From Octopus vulgaris (lineage: Eukaryota), in contig OX597828.1 of assembly GCA_951406725.2 (NCBI GenBank), forward strand, positions 1,922,001 to 1,986,000: a DNA stretch of 64,000 bases, in the 5' to 3' direction. Both the position numbers and the translations under genes were made by a program. Below, piece after piece: positions 24,058 through 36,986 of the stretch (position 1 is the stretch's first letter; each line of letters starts with the position of its first letter). The notes beneath the pieces were generated by a model. It was not told where the DNA came from. It did not search any database and saw only the letters and a list, made by a program, of their open reading frames with translations.

Positions 24058-24945
24058 TGGGATATTTGCTTTGTCACTGTTTATACGTTGTAGGTGTCGA
24101 CTGCAGCAGACTGTCAATGGATTGTTGGTAAAGATCTGACATCTGTACTGATCGTCAAATTCTTCTTTGCAATCTATTGGGGGAACACAATATTTGGACT
24201 TTGAAAGGATACTGCAAACATCTACACTTCACGAGCATATCATCCAGATGAGTTCCTTAGGATAATTTACCTTCTGATACGCTGCAGTAATTGAGCCATA
24301 CATCCTGCCTTTTCCGCCAGTTTTGTCCGTGCGAAGAAATCAGTATTGTCAACTGTAATCAGAAGAATATCTATATCATAAGTGTATTTCTTGATCCTAG
24401 AAACATGGAAATGGCATTTGAATGAAATAGGAATTTTATAGATTGGAAGGTATAAGCAGATTGTTTTTAGTCACTCACTCGCCAATACTTGGAAAGATAC
24501 AAAATCCTGAAAGCGAAAAGAGTATTCGGAATATAAGGATAATGGTATCATCGGAGATTTTTTTATTGAGAAAACATAGAATAAACCCATTTAATTTTGT
24601 TTCAACAAAAAATATCTACGAACTCTTATATCTGTTGTGTCTCTGAATCTTATCTTGTACAAAGCTCTTTTCTTAAAATAGTAGCTCACTATAATTTTTT
24701 CATCGTCTCAACGTTTTTGTCGTTTTGTAAAAGATTAGCCTAGATTGAACATACGTGTAATCCAGGTGTTTCATCATATAAACTACGATTTTCTTTTATA
24801 TAAGTGTGATATAAGGAAAGTATTACCTAGTGTGTACTATCTATTTAAAAAGCAACTGGGATATTTGCTTTGTCACTAATATTATACGTTGAATAGGTGT
24901 CGACTGCAGAACTGTCAATGCGATTGTTGGTAAAGCCATCTACAT
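24058..24945 (+). repeat. Pair of diverged ~90-bp direct repeats (24058-24145 and 24857-24945)
   Basis: tgggatatttgctttgtcact...ttatacgttg..taggtgtcgactgcag...actgtcaatg.gattgttggtaaag occurs twice. Confidence 0.85.
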
Positions 24946-25599
24946 CTTTGTTATAATCACAAAGCATCACAAACTTAAAATAAACATTCTATTAAATTTA
25001 CTAGTATTGAATAGCTTGTTCAATGCCACTACCTCTAAAACTATAATATTAAAAATACAAAAATATTAATGGGATTAATTAGTAAAGCGTACTATTTTAT
25101 TGTAAATTATTAAAAATCTAATAGAACAAAATGGAAATTTGTACGTATTCTTCTAAGAGATGAATAAAAATTATGATATTCTATAATGAATACGATCCTT
25201 TGTATACGATCTTTTGTATAGCTAGCTGATTCAAGAGAAAATGTGGAATGACTGCTTAAAAGAAAGGTAGTGTAATGGGTACAACTTGCACTAATTTTAA
25301 GAACTCTTACTTGGATACGAAGAAGGAATTATACACAACATTCTTCTTTACTATTCATCAATAACTTTTTTATCAAAATATTGATTTATACACTAATGAT
25401 AAAAAAAAAGAAAGATTTTGCAAAAGCGTATTTAACAGTAGGCAGGCTAGTATAATCAGTAGATGTCGGTTAAAATAATTTGCTGTATTTAGTTAAGTCC
25501 GTTTACATTCTGAATTAATATTCCTGCAGAATATCTTTGGTTTTTTAAAAAAATCCTTTTTTCGCCTGGAATTATGTATTGCAGACCATCTTATCCTGC

Positions 25600-26500
25600 T
25601 GCTTGCTTTTGTTTATATAATAATTCCTATGAACTTTCCTTTGGCTTCCAAATTGTGTTCGTTTTTATTGAGAGTATGTACTTCTTTTTTTTTTTCTATT
25701 GCAGGATGTAACTTATTGTAACATTTCACTAAGCAAAGGTTGGCTTTTCATATATGTTTATAATTTCTGTTTTTAGGAGGAGTACGGTTTGGTTTGGTTG
25801 ACGGTCTAACAATATTGGCAGCTAGTTTAAATAAGTCAGATCATTCAATTTTAAGATATTTGGGCTGTTTGTTGTTGACAATTTTTTTTGCATGTCGCTT
25901 TTATTATTTCCTAGAACAGCTTATCCGTATGTAGCATGGACAAATTTTTACGATATACTTGTTCATGGATTTCGTAATGGTCTCTTCTTGTTGATTTATT
26001 CTCTTTTTTATATCCTCCTCTGGTTCCCATTTGAGGATATATTCTTGCGTTTGAATATTTGTGTTACTGTTTGCTGCAAAATTTTCTTTCTTGCCCAGTG
26101 GATTCCGTGTTATTTTCACTTTTTTAGGGTTCATATATTGTCCCGTTCATTGTCTTCATTGTATTAGTTACGGTAAACTGAATTATATATTCTGTATACG
26201 ATGGGTTTTGTTGTAATGCATTCATTAGTTTGTTGTAGGGGGGGGGTTTAATTTTTTATGAGTTGTCGGGTGTTCTGTCTTTAGTATATATTTTATCTAA
26301 GTCCGTGTCTTTCACGTTCTTTGACTTCATTGTATATTAGAAATCTCCGTGCACAAATATTTTTCTCCATAGCTCTTATGTCTGTTACAGTACTCATGAA
26401 TATTGAATAATATGTTCATCGTTCTAATAATTATAAATTTCTTTTCATTTTCACGGCTAGCAGAAAGTCAGCGGGCTTTCTGTTCGGTGTTAATCTTTTA
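25600..26500 (-). pseudogene. Possible very degenerate Penelope-like ORF 3' part
   Basis: Minus-strand remnants NPPYN (~26240), YIRIS (YIG-like, ~25925), TKPYSS...NLCL (~25780-25730) and TLNK, in the order expected for a PLE endonuclease. Confidence 0.35.
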
Positions 26501-27152
26501 ACTGAACAGCGCTTCTAAGCCACATACTATATTATAATTTTTTGTATTATTATTGTTATTATTTCAGGCGATGAAATTCGTGGTATATTCTGATCCGGAT
26601 GAGGGTAATTTATCCAAACATATTGCCAATTTGTTTTTAAATTGAAAGGTTTATTTACATTTAACTTTTTTTTTGTTTGTATAAAAAGGATCGTTTTGTT
26701 TAGTCTTGTTTGCCCCGTGTGTTTATCCGCTCCCTATTTTGTGTGTGTATATGTGTGCGTGCTATGCAAACATTTTATTCCGTGTGTAATAAGCATGTGT
26801 AATACATTTAGTATAATTAGTGTCATTTGTTCTAATGGGAGCGTTTAGTTTGTTTTGTTTGTATTTAAAAGTTCATTCAGCTGTTTTCTTTGTCCTACAT
26901 GCTGACCTCATTTATGCACATGTTATTTGTTATTTCGCCAATACGCATCTTCTGTAATAACCACACATTTCACTTGTAGATACAGCGGTTCTTATAACAG
27001 TCTTCAGTTTTTGTTAATTTTGGCTTTAGCTTTGGTTTTGTTAATGATATCTGATATGTTTTCGATAGAAATATATGTTTACGCGTCTAAGTTATTCAAC
27101 TAAGCCCAGTTTATTATTATTGTTCTTGTTGTTGTTCTTCTTATTATTATTT

Positions 27153-27728
27153 AAGGCGGCGAGCTAGCAGAAACGTTAGCACGCCGGGCGAAGTGCGTAG
27201 CCGTATTTTGCCTGCCATTACGTTCTGAGTTCAAATTCCGCCGAGGTCGACTTTGCCTTTCATCCTTTCGGGGTCGATTAAATAAGTACCAGTTACGCAC
27301 TGGGGTCGATATAATCGACTTAATCCGTTTGTCCTTGTTTGTCCCTTCTGTGTTTAGTCCCTTATGGGTAGTAAAGAAAAAGGTATTTCGCCTGCCGCTA
27401 CGTTCTGAGTTCAAATTCCGCCGAGGTCGACCTTGCCTTTCATCCTTTCGGGGTCGATTAAATAAGTACCAGTTACGCACTGGGGTCGATATAATCGACT
27501 TAATACATTTGTATGTCCTTGTTTGTCCTCTCTTTGCTTAGCCCCTTGTGAGTAGTAAAGAAATAGGTATTTGGTCTGTCTTCACGTTCTGAGTTCAAAT
27601 TCCGCTGAGGTCGACTTTGCCTTCCATTCTCTTTGGGTCAATAGATTAAGAACTAGTGAAACACTGGGGTCGATGTAATCGACTTATTCCCGTTCCCTGG
27701 TTGACCTTGAGACAAAATTTAAAATCAT
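27153..27728 (+). mobile_element. SINE family A, with one head and three tandem internal units
   Basis: Head aggcggcgagctagcagaaacgttagc; units start at about 27202, 27381 and 27566. Confidence 0.9.
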
Positions 27729-27744
27729 TATTATCATTATTATT

Positions 27745-28032
27745 CCTTCGTAATACCGTGTTGGTAAAAATGTACCGGAGTCTTTAGTCATCTGCCTAGT
27801 CAGAACAAGAACCTCAGACAGATAAGACTTTCCTTAAGATGTGCGCTGTACCCAATAAGGCTTCTTTATAGGGTACAAGACATCAATTTTGCATGGGATT
27901 TCCAGTTGCCTTAAGAAGTTTTGAAGTTTCAGTGGGATTGAGCCCAACGCTCCGATCACCACTGGTATCTCTTTTACATTACCCAATCGCATTCCACAGT
28001 CATTTCCACTTTCAATTCAGAGTACTTGGTGA
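27745..28032 (-). mobile_element. R4/Dong-like 3' fragment
   Basis: C-terminus ALLGTAHILRKVLSV followed by a stop and a short 3' UTR; lies between TTA runs. Confidence 0.7.
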
Positions 28033-28090
<58 letters not shown>

Positions 28091-28091
28091 G

Positions 28092-28626
28092 ACTGAGGGA
28101 GCAGTGCATGCTATCTAAGTGAAACTGGGATAAAATATATGAAGACAAATATACCCATCATGACAACCCGTCTGATAAGGCTACACCAGGCACATGCATC
28201 ACAACTATATGTGTGCGACATAGTGTTCTCATATTAAGATAAACAGCGCATGACCTTGCAGGTAGGGCCCAGTTAGAATTTTCTTCAGGTCGAGTTGCCC
28301 ATCCCGCTCAAAAGGTCCCTGAATAAGAGATGTTTAAGGATGATGAACAAAATACCCATGTTTCCAGAGGTGAATTATCCAAACTCCAAAGAATTCCTGA
28401 TGCTCCCCCAGTACTTCTGTTCGTGATCAGAGATGCACACAACGTCAGCCACTAAGGGAATGCTCAACTGATTATGGTCAAGGAACTGACAAGCAAATCT
28501 TGGTACTGAAGAGAATATTTGCTGGCCATTTTTTATACCGAGTCAAAACAATGTATATGATAACACTTCCAATCAGTTAAGATATAGAAGCCATGAGAGC
28601 CACTGTCTGGTACTGCATTAGGGCAT
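28092..28626. repeat. Unclassified ~535-bp non-coding interspersed element embedded in (TTA)n
   Basis: Complex sequence sharply bounded by TTA/TTG arrays on both sides. It resembles a repeat I recall from octopus DNA, but there is only one copy in this window. Confidence 0.45.
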
Positions 28627-28641
28627 ATATTGTTGTTGCTG

Positions 28642-28709
<68 letters not shown>

Positions 28710-28736
28710 GTTGTTGTTGTTGTTGTTGTTGTTATT

Positions 28737-28909
28737 AAGGCAGCAAGCTGGCAGAATTTTTAGCACACTGGACAAAATGCTTAGCGGTTTTCACCCGTCG
28801 CTACGTTCAGAGTTCAAATCCCGTCGAGATCAATTCTGCCTTTCATCCTTTCGATGTAGTCGACTAAGCCACTCCCAATAAATTTCAGGCCTTGCGCCTA
28901 AAATAAAGG

Positions 28910-28912
<3 letters not shown>
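28737..28912 (+). mobile_element. SINE family A with internal deletion and (TTA)n tail
   Basis: aaggcagcaagctggcagaat...gttcagagttcaaatcc...gcctttcatcctttcg...ttcaggccttg...aaaggattattatt. Confidence 0.8.
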
Positions 28913-28974
<62 letters not shown>

Positions 28975-28989
28975 CATCATCATCATCAC

Positions 28990-29432
28990 TATTTTCATGA
29001 ACATCTTCTTTCAATTCTGTTTCCATTTCTTGCCGAGTGCCTTCCTGACATCGAGGGCATAGAAACGTACTGTATATATTGGCAGGCCATTAAAACAAAC
29101 ACACTAGATTGTTTATTTGCAGAGTAGAGTGTGCGGTGTGTTTCTCTTCAGATGGCCTTCCTAATGCATAGTAATAGGGGTGTATTACTTCTGTATACAC
29201 TTCTCGGGTCCATTTGATCTTACATTTTTCTTTCTGTGGTGGGTGTGTTGGTGGACTTGGAGGGCTCGATTTGGGGCAGTTCCCATTCAATTCGATTGAA
29301 CTTGACTTTACCAATTTCCCTTTCTAAAAAGTGGCTTTGGCACACTTTTAAGGCCAGACTCCATCCCGATATTATCACTGAATCCTTTCACAGTATGTAG
29401 TAGTCCTTCAAGCTCTTCATCATCTTTCCTAA
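28990..29432 (-). mobile_element. Probable internally deleted R4/Dong-like derivative (N-terminal ORF remnant)
   Basis: KCKIKWTREVYTEVIHPYYYALGRP resembles the N-terminal KWTxEE motif of R4/Dong ORFs; flanked by TTA runs. Confidence 0.4.
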
Positions 29433-29435
29433 ATA

Positions 29436-29483
<48 letters not shown>

Positions 29484-29484
<1 letters not shown>

Positions 29485-29690
29485 GGTAGAATCGTTAGCA
29501 CGCTGGATGAAATGCTTTGCGTTATCTCGCCTGTCGCTATGTTCTGAGTTCAAATTCTGCCGTGATCGACTTTGCCTTTCATTCTTTCGGGTCGATAAAT
29601 TAAGCCTCAATGAATCATTGGGGTTGGTGTAATCGACTATTCCCCTCTCCAACAAAATTTCAGGCTTTATGCTTATAGTAGAAAGGTTTA
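29484..29690 (+). mobile_element. SINE family A
   Basis: ggtagaatcgttagcacg...gttctgagttcaaattc...atagtagaaagg. Confidence 0.8.
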
Positions 29691-29949
29691 TTAATGTTAT
29701 TATTCGTAGCGAATGCACATGCGTCATATCGTACGTAAGCTTATCTGTTTCTTTGTGTCTTCAAAAGGTGTAAGTTAGTGACATTTTGTTACGAAGCGTT
29801 TGTCAAAGCTATCAACATTATGTGGGTTTAGTTGTTTATTTGCTTGCACCTCTTTGAGGGCTCAAATCTGAAAAGAAAATTTTCATTTAGATCTAGAAAA
29901 TAATTCTTTAATAAATTTTTCGATGTCTGCCTTGCCTCATGTCATGGAA

Positions 29950-30572
29950 GAAGTTAGAGGTTGCTTTAGCAGAGAGTTGCAGCACACATCAGAGTCGTTC
30001 GTCCTCAACCTTGACATGGAAGGGAAAGTGAACATTCACAAAGTCCAAAGTTCAATAGAGTACACATGACAAGAAACAGTAGCAGCAGCACACCACCACC
30101 ACCAACAACAACAGGAACACAGCGGGGGAATTAAATTGCAACTATGAAATTGACTTCCCCACAACGAAAGCGACAACACTGAAGCCATCAACCAACAAAG
30201 CAAAAAACGAAAAAAAAAAATAAATAAAAACGACGACAACAACACTACCACGAACACGGCCACCACAAATACCATCACCTCCACCATCACCAATGCAACA
30301 ACAAAAAGTACGACAGAAGGAAAAACAAAAACAATAGTAACAGAGAAAACCACAGCAGCACAAGATCAACAACATCAACGTGAATAACAAAAACAATATC
30401 ATCAATAACAACAGCAACAACAACAATACATTTGCAGGAAGGGCTGCAAAAGGAACTGAACTGTTTAGTATGAACATTTTAGAAAAATATATCTCTGGCC
30501 CAGGCGGCCTAAACTGATGAGACTTGAAAACTCATGGGCTGACGTAGTCATTCCTACCCCACAGAAATACAC

Positions 30573-30634
<62 letters not shown>

Positions 30635-33062
30635 CAGTAATACATAAATGTTTTCCCATAAACACAAAACGGCCAGAGACAGCGTGATAAACTGACGTAG
30701 AAGTAACACCGAAAGACATAATGTTCGACATATAGTATATCGCGAGGGTCAATCAATTTACGGGTTTCCACAGCAGAGAATCTCTGGCCATCAAACACTC
30801 GGTAAGAGTGTAGATCTCAGAGATTCCACCTGAGGTGAATATCTGGTGGATTTTAGTATGCTCAGTCTTGGAAGTGAGTAACAGCATCGTGGAGGTGAAG
30901 TGAAACTGTCGTGAAAACTGGATATAGGATTAGTGTTGAAGCTTTACTCCACAATAAAGCAGAATCTATCCACAATCCCAGACCTCATTTGCCTTCTGGC
31001 AGAGGAGAAACTGCATGTTACAGTTGAGGGACAGAGTGCCACCTGAGTGGAGAGACTGGCCACTTCCCTCGACAGAAAACAGGGAACCATTGGACCACTT
31101 ACAGCCAACACCAAGCCCCCGAAAGGGCACAGCAACAAAACCAACAGCGAAAAATTACAAAAGCGGCACCAACCCCGGGAAAAAGGCAATATTAATAACA
31201 AGTACAGCAAAATTAGCAACTGCTAGGACAACAACAACACCAGAAACAACAGCAGCACTAGCAATACTAACAACACCAGCAGCAAAAACATCACCAGCAT
31301 TTTTAACTGCAGAAAGGGAAATAACGGATACAAAAACACCTAGACACTTCGTGCTAGTGAGGAGGACAACAAAGAATTGATAGTCCTCATAGCATGAAGA
31401 TTGGACATTGAGAGAGAGGAGGAGAGAGGAAGAGAGATAGATAGATGGAGAGAGAGATGGATAGAGAGAGACGGAGAGAGAGATGGGCGTTTGGTCTTAT
31501 GTACCAACACTTTTCAAGGGCCAGAAACACTTATGAGAGTATGTCGATGGAAACCTGTAAAAGCATTAGGGAGAGGTTCCCTCATGGCGTGGGAGCCCCT
31601 AATTTAAAGGCCAGGCGTAGTCTTTTAGGGAGGTTCCCAAAGGATATGTTGGTCAAACCATTTGACATCCAACGGGACCCACAGAAGTAGTCAGCTTTAT
31701 TTTTTTCTCTGAAATCTTTCCCATCAAATTGGCGGGTTTAAGAGTGGGTTGTATAAAAATGTTCGTGGGCTGGGATCGCCCTGGAGACAAAGTCGCCTAC
31801 TCAACAACCCCTATTGACCCGGATGGTGGAGGTTCGACGCAGCAGCAAACCTACAACTCGGTCTTTGACAAGCAGAGACGGGCTCTTGCTGCTCGAATTC
31901 AAGCTCACGTGTGCGGTATTTCAGCGGCACTTTATAGAGCCAAACTTTATAGAGTGCGCGGTGGGTCAGAGACGGGGGTGGAATTCTTCTGCTACCGAAA
32001 CGGCTACGGATGTAGAGTTCTCCCGGTGTACCAAGCTTACAGAGACCGGATTAGATAAGCGGGCGTTGACGGGAGCAATCGACAACAACAAATGATGATT
32101 TGCCTTGAAAAGGGCAATTAGAGTAGAATCAGTAAGGTTCAGTAAGGTATTAGTGACTGAAAGGAATAAAATAGAAGGGAACTTTGTTAGAATCTCAGAA
32201 GAGGCGCTTAGGAAAGGCGTTGCAACCCACGTGCTGGCTGGAAGATTTGCCCTGGACCAATTCTTCAATACTGAGCACAAAAGATGCATTGTCAGAGCTA
32301 AGGTGCGTGCTCTAAGACAAGAGGGAACGAAAGCCGCTCGATTGGCGCAAGTGGAAGAGATGTAATGTGGATAGAAAACCACGATTCGGTCTTTGGTGGA
32401 CCAAAATGAACGCATGGTACTCAAGCCGAAGCAGATGTGTGCAGCGTTTCAGAAGATCTTCACACAACTGTTTAGGATCAATGGCAGTCCAGAACGCAGC
32501 TTTCGTCCAGTGCCCGAGCATTGCTGACTTGTGGGTTTATGTCTAACACCGGCTGATGCTTATAGTACAGGTTCGGCTATCAGCTGAGTCCATCGTGAAG
32601 AACACCCTACAGCCTTCCTTCGACCAGCAAGGGCAGGCAGTGTTTCTTTGTCTGGTGGCCTCAGCGAATGAGGTTGTGTGATGGACCAGGTTGAAATGGC
32701 TGAAGATAGACGCTTTTCTCTTTGATGAAACCCTCATCAACTTTTTCAAGTTTTACTTGAAAAGGAAAGTGAGAGTAGAGCAATTTTGTTAAAAGGTGGG
32801 ATAATGCAGCGCGAATGGCCCGAGTGAACGGACTTACTGTAAGCTTGCACCTCTTGATCGACGGATGAAATAGAGAGGACACATGTAGGGTTTCCACAAG
32901 CAGCCTTTGGAAGTATCCCTCTTTTGGGGATTTATTAATCATAATTTTATTGTTATTCTTTCTTTATACTATTCAATCTCACTCTATATGTATTGTCCTG
33001 TACTGTCCCTAATCTTTTATATGAACCCTCAGTGGTTACTAAAGAAAAAATTTCATTATCAT
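29950..33062 (+). mobile_element. Internally deleted L1/Tx1-like element (ORF1 remnant, APE start, linker, C-terminal domain, 3' UTR; RT core absent)
   Basis: ISEIPPEVNIWWIL and LHVTVEG are similar to the ORF1 at 21.1-21.7 kb. Also LRVGCI..VRG (APE start), LKRAIRVESVRFSK...CIVRAKVRALRQEG (L1/Tx1 linker), then a jump at ~32505 to the C-terminal region. The 5' limit is approximate. Confidence 0.6.
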
Positions 33063-33114
33063 TGATATTATTATTGTTATTGTTGTTGTTGTTGTTGTTG
33101 TTGTTGATGTTAAT

Positions 33115-35450
33115 ACAAACACAAGAGGGTAAGTGTCAATAACCTCGCAAATTTATCAGACTGTTTAGCAGACATAATTTTATTAAATGGTATAGACATC
33201 TCAAAAAAATGAATAGGAATATTATATTTCTAAAAGTTTTAATTATAATATCACGCTGACTGACGCCTCTCGAGGCTTGTGTACACTGTAATGCTTACAT
33301 AATGTCTAGTGAATCCGACCATGCCCAGCTTTATATTTCAGAGTCAAGGTGGAGCACTCTGAACTATTTGATCTGTTGTTTCCAATTGTTCCTCACATAT
33401 CTTGCCTTTTGGGTTTGTTCCATTTGTAAGGATGTTTGCCTGATATTTTCTTGTAAATAAACTCTGGTCTGGTGCAGCCAGGATAAATCTCTCCGTTTTA
33501 GGTTTAAACTCTGAGCTTCGCAGCTACTCATAAGGTTATGGATGGTCAACATCAGCACCCTTGGGTGCGAAGTAGATATTGGCCTTGCAAAGTATTTGTT
33601 CTATTTTACAGATTTCTGAAGTCCCCAATCTTTGCTTTAATCCTGTGGATTCCAGCTGCTTTGGCTGTCAGTTGGTTATCCTCATTTGCAATTTCTCTGT
33701 TTCCTATTCTTAGATAACTTCCATATTTCCCTTTACGTAATGGAGTCTTGTTTTCATGGTCTTTTACTAATACAATCAATCAATCTCTGGTTTAGTTTAA
33801 ATATTTTTGCAAGCCATTTGTTGCTGTTTTATTGGAGAATTGAAGTTGATGAGTCCTCTTGCAACTCTTTTTTCGGCAGTTGAGGATGGTCAATATCTGA
33901 CTTCATGTGATGCATTGTATTTGCGGTGAAAAATTTCCATGTTTTCCCTCCATTCTCTGAAGGTCAGATACATCAGTCTTTTATTCTTTTCCTTGTTTCA
34001 GTCATTTGGCTTCGGCTATCCTGGAGCGCCGCCTCGAAGGGTTGTAGTCGAACAAATCGACCTCAGGACTTATGTTTAAAGCCTAGTACTTATTCTGTCG
34101 GTCTCTTTTGCCGTAACAGCTAAGTTACGGGGACGTAAACTCACTAACACCGGTTGTCAAGCGATGATGAGGGATGAGTGGAGAAACACAGACACAAAGA
34201 CACACACACACACACGCACGCACACACACACACTCACACACACACGCACACACACACACACACACACACGCGTGCGCACATATATATACACAATGGGATT
34301 CTTTCAGATCCTGTCTGCTAAATCCACTCGCAAGGCGTTGGTTGGCCCCAGGTAGAAAACAGTAGCCCAGAGTGCAGCGTAGTGGAACTGAATCCGGAGC
34401 CATGTGGTAGGGAAGCAGGCGCCTTACTACACGGCCAGCCTAGTTGATATTGAAACTCTTTTTTGCACTTCAGCTACAGTTAAGCTGATGACAGCTGCCT
34501 GCAAATTCTAGAGCTGAGCTCAGTTTTCAGAACCAGTCTTAGTCTTCCATAATTCCTATTTCGGAGCGTTTCTTTTATTTAAGTATGTTGACTTCATTTA
34601 TTCTTGTGTATGCTTAGATATTTATAATTACCCTAAAAAAAAACACTCCTTGTTTAGTAGTGTTTCTTTATGTCAAGTTTGATGGATGATATTGAAATTA
34701 GGTTTCTCATTTTCAAATCACATTTGCCCACTTCTCAAATCCAAATTTCTTTCCTATATTGGTAAACTGCTCCACTGTTAAAATTCTTCTGAATTAAGAT
34801 AATTCTAGTATGTAGTTTCTGGTCATCCATAAAGAATAAGCGATTGCTTTTAAAGTTGTTATTGCTTGTTAGTTTGTATACATACTTGTTGTTATTCGAT
34901 TGATTAGAAAGCGAAAAGAGTATCATATTAAACAAAAGATTCACTTTGGAAAATTCCAACGTATATTTTGATTTTGCTCAATTGCATGACTCCGTCACAG
35001 CGGGTTTTAAAGAGAGCTGTTTGTTTTGTGATAACATGTCGAATAGAGCTAAAATTGATCGAGTGATGTGTTCCTCTTGTTTTCATAATCCATTAATGAG
35101 GAACACTGTCAAAAGCGTTTCGGTAATCAATCCATGTAGTACTCAATTTTCTAGTACCATTATATTAAACATCAGTTGATCTTTACACTCGTAGGATTTC
35201 CGTTTATTTTGGTTCTTGTGGAATGGTGGCGGTTGAATATTAAATTCAAAGTTTTGTATGTCATGTAAGGTATGTAATAAATCTATGGTTATCATTATTA
35301 TAATCTTCTTGTGTCAAGATTGATCTTATTCTACATAGAATTTATGAGGGTAGTGGGTAACTACTTGTAACCTTACATATCCGTTAAGATATCAAGTAAG
35401 TACTGGTCTTATGATCTTGTTCCTATTCCTAAGAGGAAAACATTCTCAAG
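33115..35450 (-). pseudogene. Old R4/Dong-like remnant interrupted by a SINE
   Basis: LFFMDDQKL (YMDDLKL RT motif) at ~34830 followed by FGFEKW; limits approximate. Confidence 0.5.
33977..34442 (-). mobile_element. SINE family B, complete
   Basis: Tail cttgtttcagtcatttgg, internal (CA)n, and head ...gtggaactgaatccggagccatgtgg...cttactacacggccagcc. Confidence 0.85.
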
Positions 35451-35599
35451 TGTACAGGACATTCCATTCCATCTCCTTTGTCCATCTGTTTATTTCATCG
35501 CTCACACTACCTAATGCGGTACAATCTTTACACATTTCATACTCCACATGCTTGCAATCTCAAATTTTAAGGATTTGTAGTTTTTCAACTTCTTTTTTT

Positions 35600-35790
35600 C
35601 AACGTCATCGTCGTAGTCATCATCATCATTATCATCATCATCATCATCATCACTGTCGTCATTGTCGTCGACGTCCGCCTCCTTCTCCTCCTCCTCCTCC
35701 TCCTCCTCCTCATCATCATCATCATCATCATCATTGTCGTCGTCATCGTCGTCGTCGTCGCCGTTATCATCATCATTATTATTATCATTT
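35600..35790. repeat. Compound (CAT/CGT/CCT) trinucleotide microsatellite
   Basis: Directly visible; accounts for the poly-H/P/R ORFs. Confidence 0.9.
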
Positions 35791-35794
35791 TAGT

Positions 35795-36835
35795 TTGGCT
35801 CAGGTTCGGTCTTATTCCTGATAGCGAGTTATTCCCTATAACCTTAGGTATCCACAAATTTTCAGCTGTATTTCAAGTGCTTTGAACCCTCCTGTTAATC
35901 CTTGCTCTCCATAAGAGACAAACTTCCTATAGGAGCTCTACCGGGTATTGCATTCCAATCTCTTTCAGTCATTTGTCTATATCTTGGATCACTGTTCCCA
36001 ACGCATCAAATATTACAGGTACAACCTTTACTGTTTGCATGCTGCAAATTCTTCCTATTACAAAGTTTAAGGGATTGTATTTTATTGTTTTTCTTCCTCA
36101 TTCTTTACGATCATGAAATCAAAGAGTTAGGGTAAGTAAGCAACTACGCTCTTTCCTATCTATAATCGCTATGTCTGGTCTATTATTTTCTAATTTCTTC
36201 TCCGTTTGAATAGGAAAGTCCCACAAAATATTACATTTCTCCGACTCCAGTATTCTTTCCACACGACGATTGTATCATGTATTTCCAGCCTCAAATCCCC
36301 ATTTTTGACACAGTTTCCACTGTAAAACTTTTACAATGTGGACGTTTCTCCCCTTGTTGTATTCTTCCTGCGCCAACTTAAAACATTCTTTCACAATGTG
36401 TGGCACTGTCTCATTCCAAGTTCAGCTCTACATTTCTCTGACTCATTTTCTCCGTATATATATTTTTCTCAAGTTGTTTGTTTTTATCGCTTGATCTTGG
36501 GCTGTTACTATTAGACTCTCTGTTTATTTTTATAATTGCCCCATTTTTAACCAGGCCCAGGATTTTATTCCACATCCATCTTCAGTAGCTCTCCAAAATT
36601 GGCCATGCAGAGGTTTCTCTTCCATTTGTCTGATGTGCTCTCCTTGTATTTCATTTCTGTCCGTTTCTCTTATTACGCGCTTGATCACCTGTTCTTTATT
36701 AACTGCCTTTAGTAGTCTTTCTGTGCTGCTTTGTAAATACTCTACTAGACATTCTCTTTCCATTTGTACACATTCTTCTACTGCTATTAAGCCTCTTTCA
36801 CCCTGGTCAGTCCTCAAGTACAGCCGGTTGATACC
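35795..36835 (-). pseudogene. R4/Dong-like 3' fragment (post-RT region, zinc knuckle, RLE)
   Basis: GLIAVEECVQME...KPLHGQFW...SWAWLK, AQDQAI, ETVPHIVKEC and ILWDFPIQT. Confidence 0.8.
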
Positions 36836-36900
36836 AGTTTTCGGATTTATTACTGTTGTTGTTGTTGTTCTCGCCGTTGTTTTACATTTCAGAACGTTTT

Positions 36901-36985
<85 letters not shown>

Positions 36986-36986
<1 letters not shown>

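Noticed and set aside
24270-24396. Minus-strand AG...GT-bounded open frame
   Set aside because: Several frames and acceptors are equally possible and the peptide is unrecognisable.
26594-26625. Hammerhead-like cggatga gggta-att-tatcc aaac
   Set aside because: Both core boxes are defective and stems I and III are not convincing.
30036-30477. Hydrophobic, membrane-protein-like ORFs on the minus strand
   Set aside because: They are the antisense of a CAA-rich low-complexity tract in the Tx1-like remnant.
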